Positions 29,726 through 39,102 of a stretch of 64,000 nucleotides of DNA are shown one piece after another. The DNA is from Candidatus Nitrospinota bacterium M3_3B_026 (lineage in GTDB: Bacteria; Nitrospinota_A; UBA7883; JBPRGF01). The position numbers and the translations under genes are program-made. A model generated the notes under the pieces. The model saw nothing but the letters and a program-made list of their open reading frames with translations. It searched no databases and was not told the DNA's origin. Within the stretch, counting starts at the first letter, position 1. Every line of letters starts with the position of its first letter. The DNA lies in contig JBPRGF010000033.1 of assembly GCA_051418015.1 (NCBI GenBank), forward strand, positions 64,001 through 128,000, read 5' to 3'.

Positions 29726-29872
29726 TGTCATTCTGGGGCCGGAGGCCGAAGAATCCCGACCGGGCATGGCAAAGGCGGACGGGATGCTTCGCTTCGCTCA
29801 GCATGACATCGGGGGTCCGGGGGTATGCTTCGCGGAGTTTATCCTGAGCCACCGCGAAGGGCCCGGCATGAC
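29726..29872. repeat. REP-like inverted repeat pair plus a further nested half-copy
   Basis: tgtcattctggggccggaggccgaagaatcccg ... cgggatgcttcgcttcgctcagcatgaca (ends 29808), then tatgcttcgc-[ggagtttatcctgagccaccgcgaaggg]-cccggcatgaca. Confidence 0.8.
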
Positions 29873-29946
29873 ATCGGATGCTTGGACGAGACTCTTAGCT
29901 TCGCTCATGATGACAACATATCGCGCATGAAACTTCCCGCCGTACA

Positions 29947-30945
29947 ATGACGATCATCGAAGCGCTGGCTTCGCTGAGGTTTTCCCTCGTTCTCATAGCG
30001 CTGCTCTCGGCGGGCGCCATGCTGGCCTCGTATGACGTCTACCACGCGGGCTGGCTGGTGGGGCCGCCGATGGCGCTGCTGGCCGTGAACCTCGCCGCCG
30101 CGATCGCCGCGAACCCCGTCTTCCGCCGCCAGACGCCGCTGCTCATCTTCCATCTGGCGCTTTTGTTCGTGGTGGTCTTCGCCGCCCTCGGCAGGCTCTG
30201 CTACCTGAAAGGCCACGTGGAGGTGGCCGAGGGGACGCCGATGAACCCCGCCCTTGCGGGATATGAAAACGGCCCCTTGCACTTTTATAAACTGGATGAA
30301 GTAAAGTTCGTAAACGCCGGATTTAAAATAGAATACGGGCCGGATCGCGAGAAGGGCAAGACGCTCAACAGGGTGGTCTACCAAGGGCCGGGGGGCGAGC
30401 GCCGGGAAGCGCTGATCGGCGACCAGGTTCCGCTGGAGATCGGCGGGTACAAGTTCTACACAACGTCGAACAAGGGTTTCGCGCCGGTCTTCACGTGGGC
30501 GCCCGCCGACGGCTCGCCCCCCGCGACGGGGTCGGTCCACCTGCCGAGCTATCCGAGATATGAGAAACGCCAGGCGATACCCTGGGAGATACCGGGGGCG
30601 GGGTTGAAGGTTTTCACGATGCTTGTCGTGGACGAGCCTGTCATCGCCTCCGGGAAGGTTTCGAGGTTCCGTCCACCTGAAAAGCATCACGTCATCGCGC
30701 GCGTGGGGGATGAGACGAAACGGATGAAGCCCGGCGACAGGCTGGAGCTTCCCGGGGGGACTTTGGTCTACCGCGAGCTTCGGACGTGGATGGGGTATGG
30801 TATATACAGCGACTGGACGCTGCCGTGGCTTTTCGCCGCGTGCGCCGTGGCGGCGGTGAGCCTCGGGTGGTATTTCTGGGACAAGTTCGCGGCCTCGCCG
30901 TGGATGAGGGAGGAGGGCGCCCGTCTGTCCGGCGGCGCCTCGTGA
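29947..30945 (+). CDS. Cytochrome c biogenesis protein ResB/CcsB-like
   Basis: LASLRFSL N-terminus; three TMs with the conserved 'IFHLAL' His; periplasmic domain; C-terminal TM; adjacent to ccsA. Confidence 0.75.
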   Translation: MTIIEALASLRFSLVLIALLSAGAMLASYDVYHAGWLVGPPMALLAVNLAAAIAANPVFRRQTPLLIFHLALLFVVVFAALGRLCYLKGHVEVAEGTPMNPALAGYENGPLHFYKLDEVKFVNAGFKIEYGPDREKGKTLNRVVYQGPGGERREALIGDQVPLEIGGYKFYTTSNKGFAPVFTWAPADGSPPATGSVHLPSYPRYEKRQAIPWEIPGAGLKVFTMLVVDEPVIASGKVSRFRPPEKHHVIARVGDETKRMKPGDRLELPGGTLVYRELRTWMGYGIYSDWTLPWLFAACAVAAVSLGWYFWDKFAASPWMREEGARLSGGAS

Positions 30946-30972
30946 TAAAGTGGAACACGCGCGGGACTCTCA

Positions 30973-31066
30973 AATCCTCCCCCTTGAAGGGGGAGGATTA
31001 AGGTGGGGGTGTTAAAAGAATCTTTATACACCCTCCCCTGTATCCCCTCCCGTCAAGGGAGGGGAT
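30973..31066. repeat. Paired palindromic CCCCT/AGGGG repeat
   Basis: Perfect 13-bp inverted repeat aatcctccccctt-g-aagggggaggatt (30973-30999) and a 10-bp stem atcccctccc-gtcaa-gggaggggat (31042-31066). Confidence 0.75.
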
Positions 31067-31139
31067 GGCTCCAGAATATTCCCCCGAGGGAGGGGCGGTG
31101 TTTTGGATAAAAAAGCCAAGGCAAGAACAGAGAAAAAGG

Positions 31140-31946
31140 TTGGAGACGGAGCTTAAAACCCTTTGGGCGGCGCTTGCCGTTTACGTGATCGCCGGCTGCC
31201 TGGCGGTTATCGGGACGATTTTGCGCAGGCGCCCGGAGAAGGTCCTGCTGGGCCTGATGGCGGCGGGGCTCGGCCTGCACGCGCTGGCCATCGGATTGCG
31301 CTGGGGGCGTCTTGGCTACGGGCCTTTCATCACGATGTTCGACATACTGTCGAGCAATATCTTCAGCCTGCTTTTCATCTTCACTTTGGCGTACTGGCGG
31401 TTCCGCCCCATAAGGCCCGTGGCGGCGGTCGTCCTGCCGGTGATGTTTCTGATGATGGGGTGGCTCATCGTCGTCGACCCCGCCGAGGGGCATTACCCCC
31501 CCACCTATGACACGATATGGCTTTACATTCACATCGGTTTCGGCAAGATTTTTATGGGGGCGGCGCTGGTGGCCCTGGGCATGGCGATAGTCATCCTCGT
31601 CCGCTGGGCGGGGGTTTTCGGGTTCGCCTCCCTGCCGGACAGCGAGAGCCTCGACGAGCTGGCCTACCGGTTCATGGCGATAGGGTTCATCTTCGACGCG
31701 CTGATGCTGGTGGCCGGGGCTGTGTGGGCCCAGGACGCCTGGGGGCGCTACTGGGCGTGGGACCCGCTTGAGACATGGTCGCTTATCACGTGGCTGCTGC
31801 TGGCCTTCGCCCTGCACACCAGGATCACCCTCAAGACGGCGCCGCCCGTGGGGGCGGTGATGGTCATCGTTGTCTTCGCCGTGGCGTTCCTGACCTTTTT
31901 CGGCGTTCCCTTCATCTCCGAGGCGCCGCACAAGGGGGTGGTGTGA
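31140..31946 (+). CDS. ccsA: Cytochrome c biogenesis protein CcsA (system II)
   Basis: WWD domain GAVWAQDAWGRYWAWDPLETW; WLYIH; multiple TMs. Likely TTG start at 31140. Confidence 0.92.
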   Translation: METELKTLWAALAVYVIAGCLAVIGTILRRRPEKVLLGLMAAGLGLHALAIGLRWGRLGYGPFITMFDILSSNIFSLLFIFTLAYWRFRPIRPVAAVVLPVMFLMMGWLIVVDPAEGHYPPTYDTIWLYIHIGFGKIFMGAALVALGMAIVILVRWAGVFGFASLPDSESLDELAYRFMAIGFIFDALMLVAGAVWAQDAWGRYWAWDPLETWSLITWLLLAFALHTRITLKTAPPVGAVMVIVVFAVAFLTFFGVPFISEAPHKGVV

Positions 31947-32530
31947 CGAAGCGGAAAAGGGATCGGCGCGCGCTGGCGCTGGGGCTTTCGCTCGCGGGCG
32001 TCCTGGCGCTGGGGACAGCGATACACTTCGCGCCGGATATCGACTTTCTCGCCTATTTATCCCTCGCGGACGAGGAGGCGGAGAAGGAAAAAAAGCTGAA
32101 GGAGCACGTCGACTCCGCCGTCGCGGCGGAGGTAGACAAAAGGTTCCGGCAGGCCGTCGCGATGCTCCACGCCAAAAAATACGAGTACGCCGCGTCGGCC
32201 CTGCATCGCGTGCTCGAGCTTCGGCCCAGGATGCCCGAGGCGCACGTCAACATGGGCTTCGCCATGCTCGGGATGGACGACTACAAGGCCGCGAGGGACT
32301 TTTTCGAGGGGGCGATAGATATCCACCCGTCCCAGGAGAACGCCTATTACGGCCTGTCGCTTGCCCTGCGGGAGCTTGGCGATCTCGAGGGCGCCGTCGG
32401 GGCGATGCGGACCTATGTTCATCTTGTGAAACCTGATAGCCCCTACCTTGAAAAAGCCCGGGCCAGCCTGGAGGAGATGGAAAACGAGCTGACCGAAAAA
32501 CGGGGCGAACGATCCGTTACGATCGAATAG
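31943..32530 (+). CDS. Membrane-anchored TPR protein
   Basis: GTG start overlapping the ccsA stop; N-terminal TM; 'PEAHVNMGFA', 'AYYGLS' TPR units. Confidence 0.8.
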   Translation: MTKRKRDRRALALGLSLAGVLALGTAIHFAPDIDFLAYLSLADEEAEKEKKLKEHVDSAVAAEVDKRFRQAVAMLHAKKYEYAASALHRVLELRPRMPEAHVNMGFAMLGMDDYKAARDFFEGAIDIHPSQENAYYGLSLALRELGDLEGAVGAMRTYVHLVKPDSPYLEKARASLEEMENELTEKRGERSVTIE

Positions 32531-32554
32531 AAATATCCCCCTCGGCCCCATCTT

Positions 32555-32600
32555 TTCTCAATATCGAGAATAGAGCAACCCAAAATCCCGATAGTGAGAA
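32555..32600. promoter_or_regulatory. Paired palindromic boxes TTCTC-N6-GAGAA (candidate activator sites)
   Basis: ttctc-aatatc-gagaa (32555-32570) and atccc-gatagt-gagaa (32585-32600); the same motif occurs at 56282-56318. Confidence 0.5.
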
Positions 32601-32927
32601 AAAATATCTCTTTTTTCTTTCTCGGCATGGAAATATTTGTTACAATCCTTTCGCTCGAGTTAAAGATGTTTTCAGCTAGCCGCTGGAGGGGCGGGCCGCA
32701 GCGAGTGAGTCTGGTTGTTGATGTAATCTTATCGATAACAGATAGATACAGTCCTGGATAGCCTTGCTTCGCGTAACCGTGCTGTTTTTTGGCCCTGATG
32801 GATGAGGCTTTTGGACATAAATGTCCTGTCAAAGTCCTTCCGCCCGCCTTTCCAGGCACGGAAAATGTATTGTACATAGCCAATGCCCGAAAAGCCCGTT
32901 CAGTCATGATAGGGATTCTGTGACGTA

Positions 32928-35672
32928 ATGAAGCGTGAGAATGGATCGGGGGACGTTTCGGGAGCTTTGTCTTTCCACGAGCCCGGATTGGGGGACGGGC
33001 GAAGCTATCCATCGCCCTTGCGTCTTGTTTTTGTGGTAGTGGCTTCCGTTTTCTTTCTGGAAGCGGTGGTCATGCTTGTCATCAGGTTTTTTCCGTCCCT
33101 GCCCTTCGGGGCGATGGTTCTGGTCGACGCCGTGGCGCTGACCTTCCTGTCCCTTCCTCTCTTCTACTTTTTCGTGTACCGGCCCATGGCCTCCCAGATA
33201 TCGGAGCGGCGGCGCGTGGAGGAGGTATTAAGGGAGCGGGAGGAGAAGAGCCAGAGCCTCCTGGAGCAGATGTCGGACGTTTTCTGGGAAGTGGACTCCG
33301 AGTGCAGGTACGTTGAGGTGACCGGCGCCGTGAGGGGCGTTTTCGGTCTCGATCCCGACGAGGTTGCCGGCAGGGGAGTTTTTGATTTTATCCCGAAGGA
33401 CGAAGCGCGCCAGACGCGGGAAAAATGCGAGGCGATAAGATCGTCCCGCCTTCCTCTCCGGGATTTCGAGTACAGGATAGTCAGGAAGAACGGCGCCATC
33501 GCGAGCCTGCTGGTGAACGCCGTTCCCATAATCGGGCAGGACGGCGCCTTCGCTGGCTACCGGGGGATAATCCGGGACATAACCGACAGAAAGCGGTCCG
33601 AGGAGGCGTTGCGCGTCTCCGAGATGAAATACCGCATCATCGCCGACAACAACTACGACTGGGAGTTCTGGATATCACCCCGTGGTCATTTCCTCCACTC
33701 CTCGCCCTCGTGCGAGAGAATAACCGGCTACACCGCCAGGGAGTTTGAGGAGAACCAGAACCTCATGGGGCGGATCGTCCACCCCGACGACCAGGAGACA
33801 TTCAGCGAGTACATGAGCCGGGCCATGGAAAGCCGCGGCGGCGAGGAGGCCGAGTTTCGGATAATCAGCCGCGACGGGCGGACGCGAGTGGTCGCCAGCC
33901 TCTGCCAGCCTATACACGACGAAGACGGGCAGTTCCTCGGAGTCCGCGGCAGCAACAGGGACGTCACGGAGAAGAAGAAGACGGAGGCGGAGCTGCGCGA
34001 GTCGGAGCGCAGGTTCCGGGAGATCGTGGAGAACACTCGCCTCGCCGCGGTGATACTGGACCTCAACGGGAACATATTCTATCTCAATGACTACACCCTG
34101 GATCTCGTGGGCTACGAGCGGGGGGAGCTTGTGGGGCGCGACTTTTTCGCCAAGCTTACGGACCCCGCCGAAGGCCGGGAGTTGAAGGCTTTTCTGTACA
34201 GGGACATGGAGCATGGCAGAGTCCCAAGCCACAACACAGGCCGCCTGACGACCCGCGACGGGGGCAGGCTGGTCATATCCTGGAACAACACCATCCTGAA
34301 GGACGCCCGGGGCAGGGTGATAGGTGTGACGCTCATAGGCGAGGACATAACGGCCCGCCGCCGCGCCGAGGAGGCGCTCAAGCTCGCCCATGATGAGCTG
34401 GAGAGCAGGGTCCGGGAGCGCACGGCGGAGCTCTCCTCCCTGATAGAACAGTCGCCCATGGCCATCGCCGTGCTGGACATGGACGGGTGCCTGGAGCAGG
34501 TGAACAGCGCCTGGAAGGATTTCTACAACACCACCTTCGGCCGGCCGGTTCCTTCCGGCTACCGCGTTTTCGAGGACGCCGCGCTGGAGCGCCACGGACT
34601 GGCCTCAAAGGTTCGCGATGTCTTTGAAACGGGGAAGGTTTTCGTCAGCGGTCCTCTGTCCGTGGAGCGGGATGACGGCCGGGGCGGCGCCGGGACGAGG
34701 TGGATAGTGACCCGTTTCTCCGGCGTCGCGGGCGAGGACGGGAAGGTTCGCCGCGTCATCAACATGGTCGAAGACATCACGGAGCGGAAAAGCTCCGAGG
34801 AGGCGTTGCGCCTGGTGTCGGAAGGGTCGGCCGCAAAAACGGGGGAGGGCTTTTTCCGCGACTTCGTGAGATCCCTGGCGGCCGCGTTGGGAGTCCGCTA
34901 TGTCTTCATCGCCGAGTTGGCGAGGGAGAAGGAGAAGGTCCGGACGATCGCCTTCTGGGAGAACGAGAAGTTCCTCGAGAACCTGGAGTACGACCTTGAC
35001 GCGACGCCCTGCGCGAGGGTGTACGAGACCAGGGAGCCGTGCTTTTATCCCAATGACGTGCAGGCGCTTTTCCCCGGGGACAGGATGCTCGTGGAGATGG
35101 AGGCGGAGAGCTATTACGGAGTCCCCATCCTCAGCTCGTCCGGCGAGGCGCTGGGGCACATCGGCATTCTGGACGACAAGCCTATGGCAGAGAACGAGGG
35201 GGTGGAGTCCATACTCAGGATATTCGCCGCCCGGGCCTGCTCGGAGCTTGTCCGCAAACACGCCGAGGAAGCCCTGCGCGAATCCCACGAGACGATGGCC
35301 GCGGTCATGGACGGCATCGACGCGGCGATCTACGTCGCGGACATGGAGACTTACGAGATACTTTTCGCGAACAGGTATCTGAAGGACGTCTTCGGCGATG
35401 TGGTGGGAAAGACCTGCTGGAAGGCGCTGCAGAAGGATCAGAATGGCCCGTGCTCGTTCTGCTCGAACGAAAAACTGGTTACAGAAGACGGGGAGCCGGC
35501 GGGGGTCTATGTCTGGGAGTTGCAGAACACGGCCAACGGCCGCTGGTACGAGATCCATGACCGCGCCATCCGGTGGATCGACGGGCGTGTGGCTCGGATG
35601 GAGGTCGCCACGGATATAACGGAACGCAAAAGGATGGAGGAGGCCTTCAGCCAGCTCAGGCCCGTGACCTGA
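32928..35672 (+). CDS. Membrane multi-PAS/GAF sensor protein without an output domain
   Basis: 2 TMs, several PAS/PAC, one GAF, a final PAS, ending at DITERKRMEEAFSQLRPVT. No H-box or GGDEF. Confidence 0.85.
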   Translation: MKRENGSGDVSGALSFHEPGLGDGRSYPSPLRLVFVVVASVFFLEAVVMLVIRFFPSLPFGAMVLVDAVALTFLSLPLFYFFVYRPMASQISERRRVEEVLREREEKSQSLLEQMSDVFWEVDSECRYVEVTGAVRGVFGLDPDEVAGRGVFDFIPKDEARQTREKCEAIRSSRLPLRDFEYRIVRKNGAIASLLVNAVPIIGQDGAFAGYRGIIRDITDRKRSEEALRVSEMKYRIIADNNYDWEFWISPRGHFLHSSPSCERITGYTAREFEENQNLMGRIVHPDDQETFSEYMSRAMESRGGEEAEFRIISRDGRTRVVASLCQPIHDEDGQFLGVRGSNRDVTEKKKTEAELRESERRFREIVENTRLAAVILDLNGNIFYLNDYTLDLVGYERGELVGRDFFAKLTDPAEGRELKAFLYRDMEHGRVPSHNTGRLTTRDGGRLVISWNNTILKDARGRVIGVTLIGEDITARRRAEEALKLAHDELESRVRERTAELSSLIEQSPMAIAVLDMDGCLEQVNSAWKDFYNTTFGRPVPSGYRVFEDAALERHGLASKVRDVFETGKVFVSGPLSVERDDGRGGAGTRWIVTRFSGVAGEDGKVRRVINMVEDITERKSSEEALRLVSEGSAAKTGEGFFRDFVRSLAAALGVRYVFIAELAREKEKVRTIAFWENEKFLENLEYDLDATPCARVYETREPCFYPNDVQALFPGDRMLVEMEAESYYGVPILSSSGEALGHIGILDDKPMAENEGVESILRIFAARACSELVRKHAEEALRESHETMAAVMDGIDAAIYVADMETYEILFANRYLKDVFGDVVGKTCWKALQKDQNGPCSFCSNEKLVTEDGEPAGVYVWELQNTANGRWYEIHDRAIRWIDGRVARMEVATDITERKRMEEAFSQLRPVT

Positions 35673-35945
35673 CCGCCGCCGGAAAAAATCGCCATCTTCT
35701 CCAGCCGCCTGCCTCAAAAGTTATAAAAGCCCCCGCTTCCCGGCGTTGCCTTGAGCTTGTCCGGAGCCCCGAAAACGTGATACTCTATTTATATTGCCTG
35801 GAGAGGAGAGTGTAAGCCTTTTCCAACCAATGAGATAGATGCTAAAATAAGACTGTGGCCGCGTTCCGCGTCATAGCGTGGTTCGAGGTTTCCGTCACAA
35901 CCAGATGTTGTATCCGTGTGTTTTTTTGGATGGCTTGCGTGATAT

Positions 35946-37625
35946 ATGTCCAGGCTCATGCTTCAGAGGGAAGGACAGGCAAAGTCGATGATGACACCAG
36001 GCTCCACGCTGGAAAAGGAGCCGCCGGGAAGGATTGAATCGTCCCCGGGGCCGGGGGAGAGACAAGCCTCGGAAGCCTATTCAGCGAAATCGGGGAAAGG
36101 CGCCGGAGACTTCCCGCCGGATGGCCGGGGGCCGCGGATTTTCCCCCTCAAGACCAAGGGTTACATATTCCTCGGCGTCCTGGTCTGTTACGCGGCTTTC
36201 CTGACCGTCTACGTCCTGGGGCAGAAAGAGATACTTTTCGCCCGGTTCGTGGAGATGGACAAGGCCTACGAGGCCGAATGGGAGCTGCGGCAGGCTGACC
36301 TCTCCGTTTTCAACAGTCTCATGACCATCTACACCGATATAGACTCGCTCAACACGAGGAACTTTGGGACCAGCCACATCCGCGACAACCTGGAAGTGAT
36401 AAAAACCAAGTTCAAGAAGCTGGAGAGCAATTTTCCTGAAGGCGCCGCCTCCTTCACGGCCCTTGGCGCCGGGCTGGACGCGGCGATAAAGGAGCCCACC
36501 AGGCACAACCTCGCCTCCCTGCGCAAGACCCTGGGGGGCGTCCGGGCGGAGCTGACGAGGCTTGTGATGGAGAGGCAGGATCGGCTGAACGCCCTCGTGA
36601 ACGACTACCGCGCCGCCAGCGAAAACGTCACGATGAATATACTGGCGCTGGGCCTCTCCGGTATGGCTCTCACGATGATCTTCGTGGGCCTGTTTTTCAC
36701 CCGCCTGACCAACGACCTCAAGACCCTGGAGAGGCGCGCCGGGGAGATAGTGACTGGGGGGAAAAGCGGCCCGGAAAAAAACAGCGTGTCCCGGCGTTCG
36801 GACGAGGTGGGGCAACTGGGGTTTGCGATCGAGCGGATGGCCTCCGCCCTGGAAGAGAGGGAGCGGGAGCTTGAGATAGAGCGCAAGAAGATGTTCCACA
36901 GGGAGAAGATGGCCGCCATCGGAACGCTGGCCGCCGGGATCGCCCACGAGGTGGGCAACCCCATAGCGGCGATAAGCGCCCTGGTGAACGAGACCCGCAA
37001 GGAGCAGGTGGGGGAAGACTCCAGCATATGCGCCAACTCCGCCTGCAAGGGCAACCTGGATTTCATACTGCACCACACCGAGCGGCTGGCGAACATAACC
37101 AGGGAGATATCGGCCTTCTCCACCCCCCAGCCGGAGGACCGGCGGCTCCTTGACATAAACGCCATAGCCCGCAACGCAAGCAGCCTGATGAAATACGACA
37201 AGCGTTTCAGCAGGGTGGATTTGCAGCTCAACCTGGATAGCCAGCTGCCCGCCGTCTATGGCGTGGGCGACCAGCTTTTGCAGGTGATAATGAACCTGCT
37301 TATCAACGCCTCCGACGCCCTGGCGGACGTGAGCGACAGGTCCGGGACCGTGACCCTCTCGACGGAGGTGGAGGACGGCGTGGTGAGGATATCCGTGACG
37401 GACAACGGCCACGGCATGAGCCAGCATACCATCGACCACGCCTTCGAGGCGTTCTTCACCACCAAGCCGGTTGGCAAGGGGACGGGGCTGGGCCTTTCCC
37501 TGTGCCATTCCATCATAGCGGGCCACGCAGGGACGATGGAGCTGGAGTCCAGCCCCGGCGGGGGGGCGAAGGTGACGGTGGCGCTGCCGGTGAACGGGTT
37601 CAAAGAGGAGGGGGAAGAGGCGTGA
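35946..37625 (+). CDS. HAMP-domain sensor histidine kinase
   Basis: 2 TMs, periplasmic helical domain, HAMP (DEVGQL), AHEVGNP, NASDA, FFTTKPVGKGTGLG. Start may be 35988. Confidence 0.92.
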   Translation: MSRLMLQREGQAKSMMTPGSTLEKEPPGRIESSPGPGERQASEAYSAKSGKGAGDFPPDGRGPRIFPLKTKGYIFLGVLVCYAAFLTVYVLGQKEILFARFVEMDKAYEAEWELRQADLSVFNSLMTIYTDIDSLNTRNFGTSHIRDNLEVIKTKFKKLESNFPEGAASFTALGAGLDAAIKEPTRHNLASLRKTLGGVRAELTRLVMERQDRLNALVNDYRAASENVTMNILALGLSGMALTMIFVGLFFTRLTNDLKTLERRAGEIVTGGKSGPEKNSVSRRSDEVGQLGFAIERMASALEERERELEIERKKMFHREKMAAIGTLAAGIAHEVGNPIAAISALVNETRKEQVGEDSSICANSACKGNLDFILHHTERLANITREISAFSTPQPEDRRLLDINAIARNASSLMKYDKRFSRVDLQLNLDSQLPAVYGVGDQLLQVIMNLLINASDALADVSDRSGTVTLSTEVEDGVVRISVTDNGHGMSQHTIDHAFEAFFTTKPVGKGTGLGLSLCHSIIAGHAGTMELESSPGGGAKVTVALPVNGFKEEGEEA

Positions 37626-37626
37626 G

Positions 37627-39009
37627 ATGACAGTCTCCAACGTTCTTGTTGTGGATGACGAACCTGCCATCCGGCAGGTGCTTGCTTCTTATATACGAAA
37701 AGCCGGGTACACCGTGGACGTGGCCGAGAGCGGGGAAGAGGCGCTTCGCAAGATAGCCGGCGGCGACTTCGACATAGCCGTCTGCGACATCAAGATGCCA
37801 GATGTCGACGGCATCGAGGTGATCCGCAGGGCGCGGGCGCAGAGCCCGGAGACCACGTTCCTGATGATGACGGCCTACGCCTCGGTGAACACCGCCATAG
37901 AGGCGATGAAGGCGGGGGCTTACGACTACATGATAAAACCGATGCGCGAAGAGGACGTCCTGCACCGTCTGGCCCAGGTGGACAGGATGATCGGGCTGAG
38001 AAACGAGAACCAGGCCCTGCGCAGGATCGTCCTGGGGCAAAGCGAGGGGCAATGCCGCCTGGAGTCCAGGGCCATGAAAGAGGTGGAGAACCTGATAAAC
38101 AAGGTGGCCCCCACGGACAATACGGTCCTGATAACCGGGGAGAGCGGCTCCGGCAAGGGCATGGTGGCCCGTGCCATCCACCAGGGCAGCCCCAGGGCCG
38201 GCGCGCCGTTCATACCGGTCAATTGCGGCGCCATCCCGGAAAACCTGCTGGAGAGCGAGTTCTTCGGCCACGTGAAAGGGGCCTTCACTGGCGCCGTCAA
38301 GTCCAAGAAAGGGCTCTTCCTGGAGGCCCACAACGGCACGATATTCCTCGACGAGATAGGGGAGCTGCCGTTGCACCTGCAAGTGAAGCTCCTCCACGCC
38401 ATAGAGGACAAAGAGATAAGGCCCGTCGGCGGCGAGCAGACACGCCACGCGGACGTGCGCATAATCGCGGCCACCAACAGAGACCCCGCCAGGATGGTGG
38501 AGAGAGGGGAGCTGCGCGAGGACCTTTATTTCAGGATAAACGTTTTCCATATACACATTCCCCCGTTGAGGGAGCGCCCGGAGGACATAATGGCCCTCGT
38601 GAAATTTTTCCTGGACAGGGAGACGGCGAAGCTCACGCCAGGCAAAAGCTGCGGCCTGGATCCGGACGCGGAGGAGGCCCTGCTTGGTCATGACTGGCCC
38701 GGCAACGTGCGCGAGCTGGAAAACATCGTAACCAGGGCCTTCACCATGGCCGACGGCGACCGGATAACGATATCCGACCTGCCCCCGAACGTCATGAGGA
38801 CGACCTTGAGGCAGGAGCCCGAAAGCGGCGCCGGGGGGCAAGGAAAAAATCTGCGGGAACAGGTGAGGCTGTTCGAGGCGAACCTTATACAGCAGACGCT
38901 GGATGAGACCGACGGGGACAGGAAACTGGCCGCCCAGAGGCTGGGGATAGGGCTCTCCAGCCTGTACCGCAAGATCGAGGAAATTGAAAAAAGCGGGTCA
39001 TTGAATTGA
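37627..39009 (+). CDS. sigma54-dependent response regulator (NtrC family bEBP)
   Basis: REC; GESGSGK; intact GAFTGA; FLDEIGE; WPGNVREL; Fis-type HTH. Confidence 0.95.
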   Translation: MTVSNVLVVDDEPAIRQVLASYIRKAGYTVDVAESGEEALRKIAGGDFDIAVCDIKMPDVDGIEVIRRARAQSPETTFLMMTAYASVNTAIEAMKAGAYDYMIKPMREEDVLHRLAQVDRMIGLRNENQALRRIVLGQSEGQCRLESRAMKEVENLINKVAPTDNTVLITGESGSGKGMVARAIHQGSPRAGAPFIPVNCGAIPENLLESEFFGHVKGAFTGAVKSKKGLFLEAHNGTIFLDEIGELPLHLQVKLLHAIEDKEIRPVGGEQTRHADVRIIAATNRDPARMVERGELREDLYFRINVFHIHIPPLRERPEDIMALVKFFLDRETAKLTPGKSCGLDPDAEEALLGHDWPGNVRELENIVTRAFTMADGDRITISDLPPNVMRTTLRQEPESGAGGQGKNLREQVRLFEANLIQQTLDETDGDRKLAAQRLGIGLSSLYRKIEEIEKSGSLN

Positions 39010-39028
39010 GAAAAGCCCGGTATGGCGC

Positions 39029-39056
39029 TTGACAACGCGGATAACGGTACTATAAA
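39029..39056 (+). promoter_or_regulatory. Candidate sigma70 promoter
   Basis: TTGACA-N16-TATAAA upstream of the Sel1 gene. Confidence 0.5.
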
Positions 39057-39102
39057 TTTCAGCATTTTCCACGCTCCTTTATAAAATTTGCGGATATACG
39101 AG

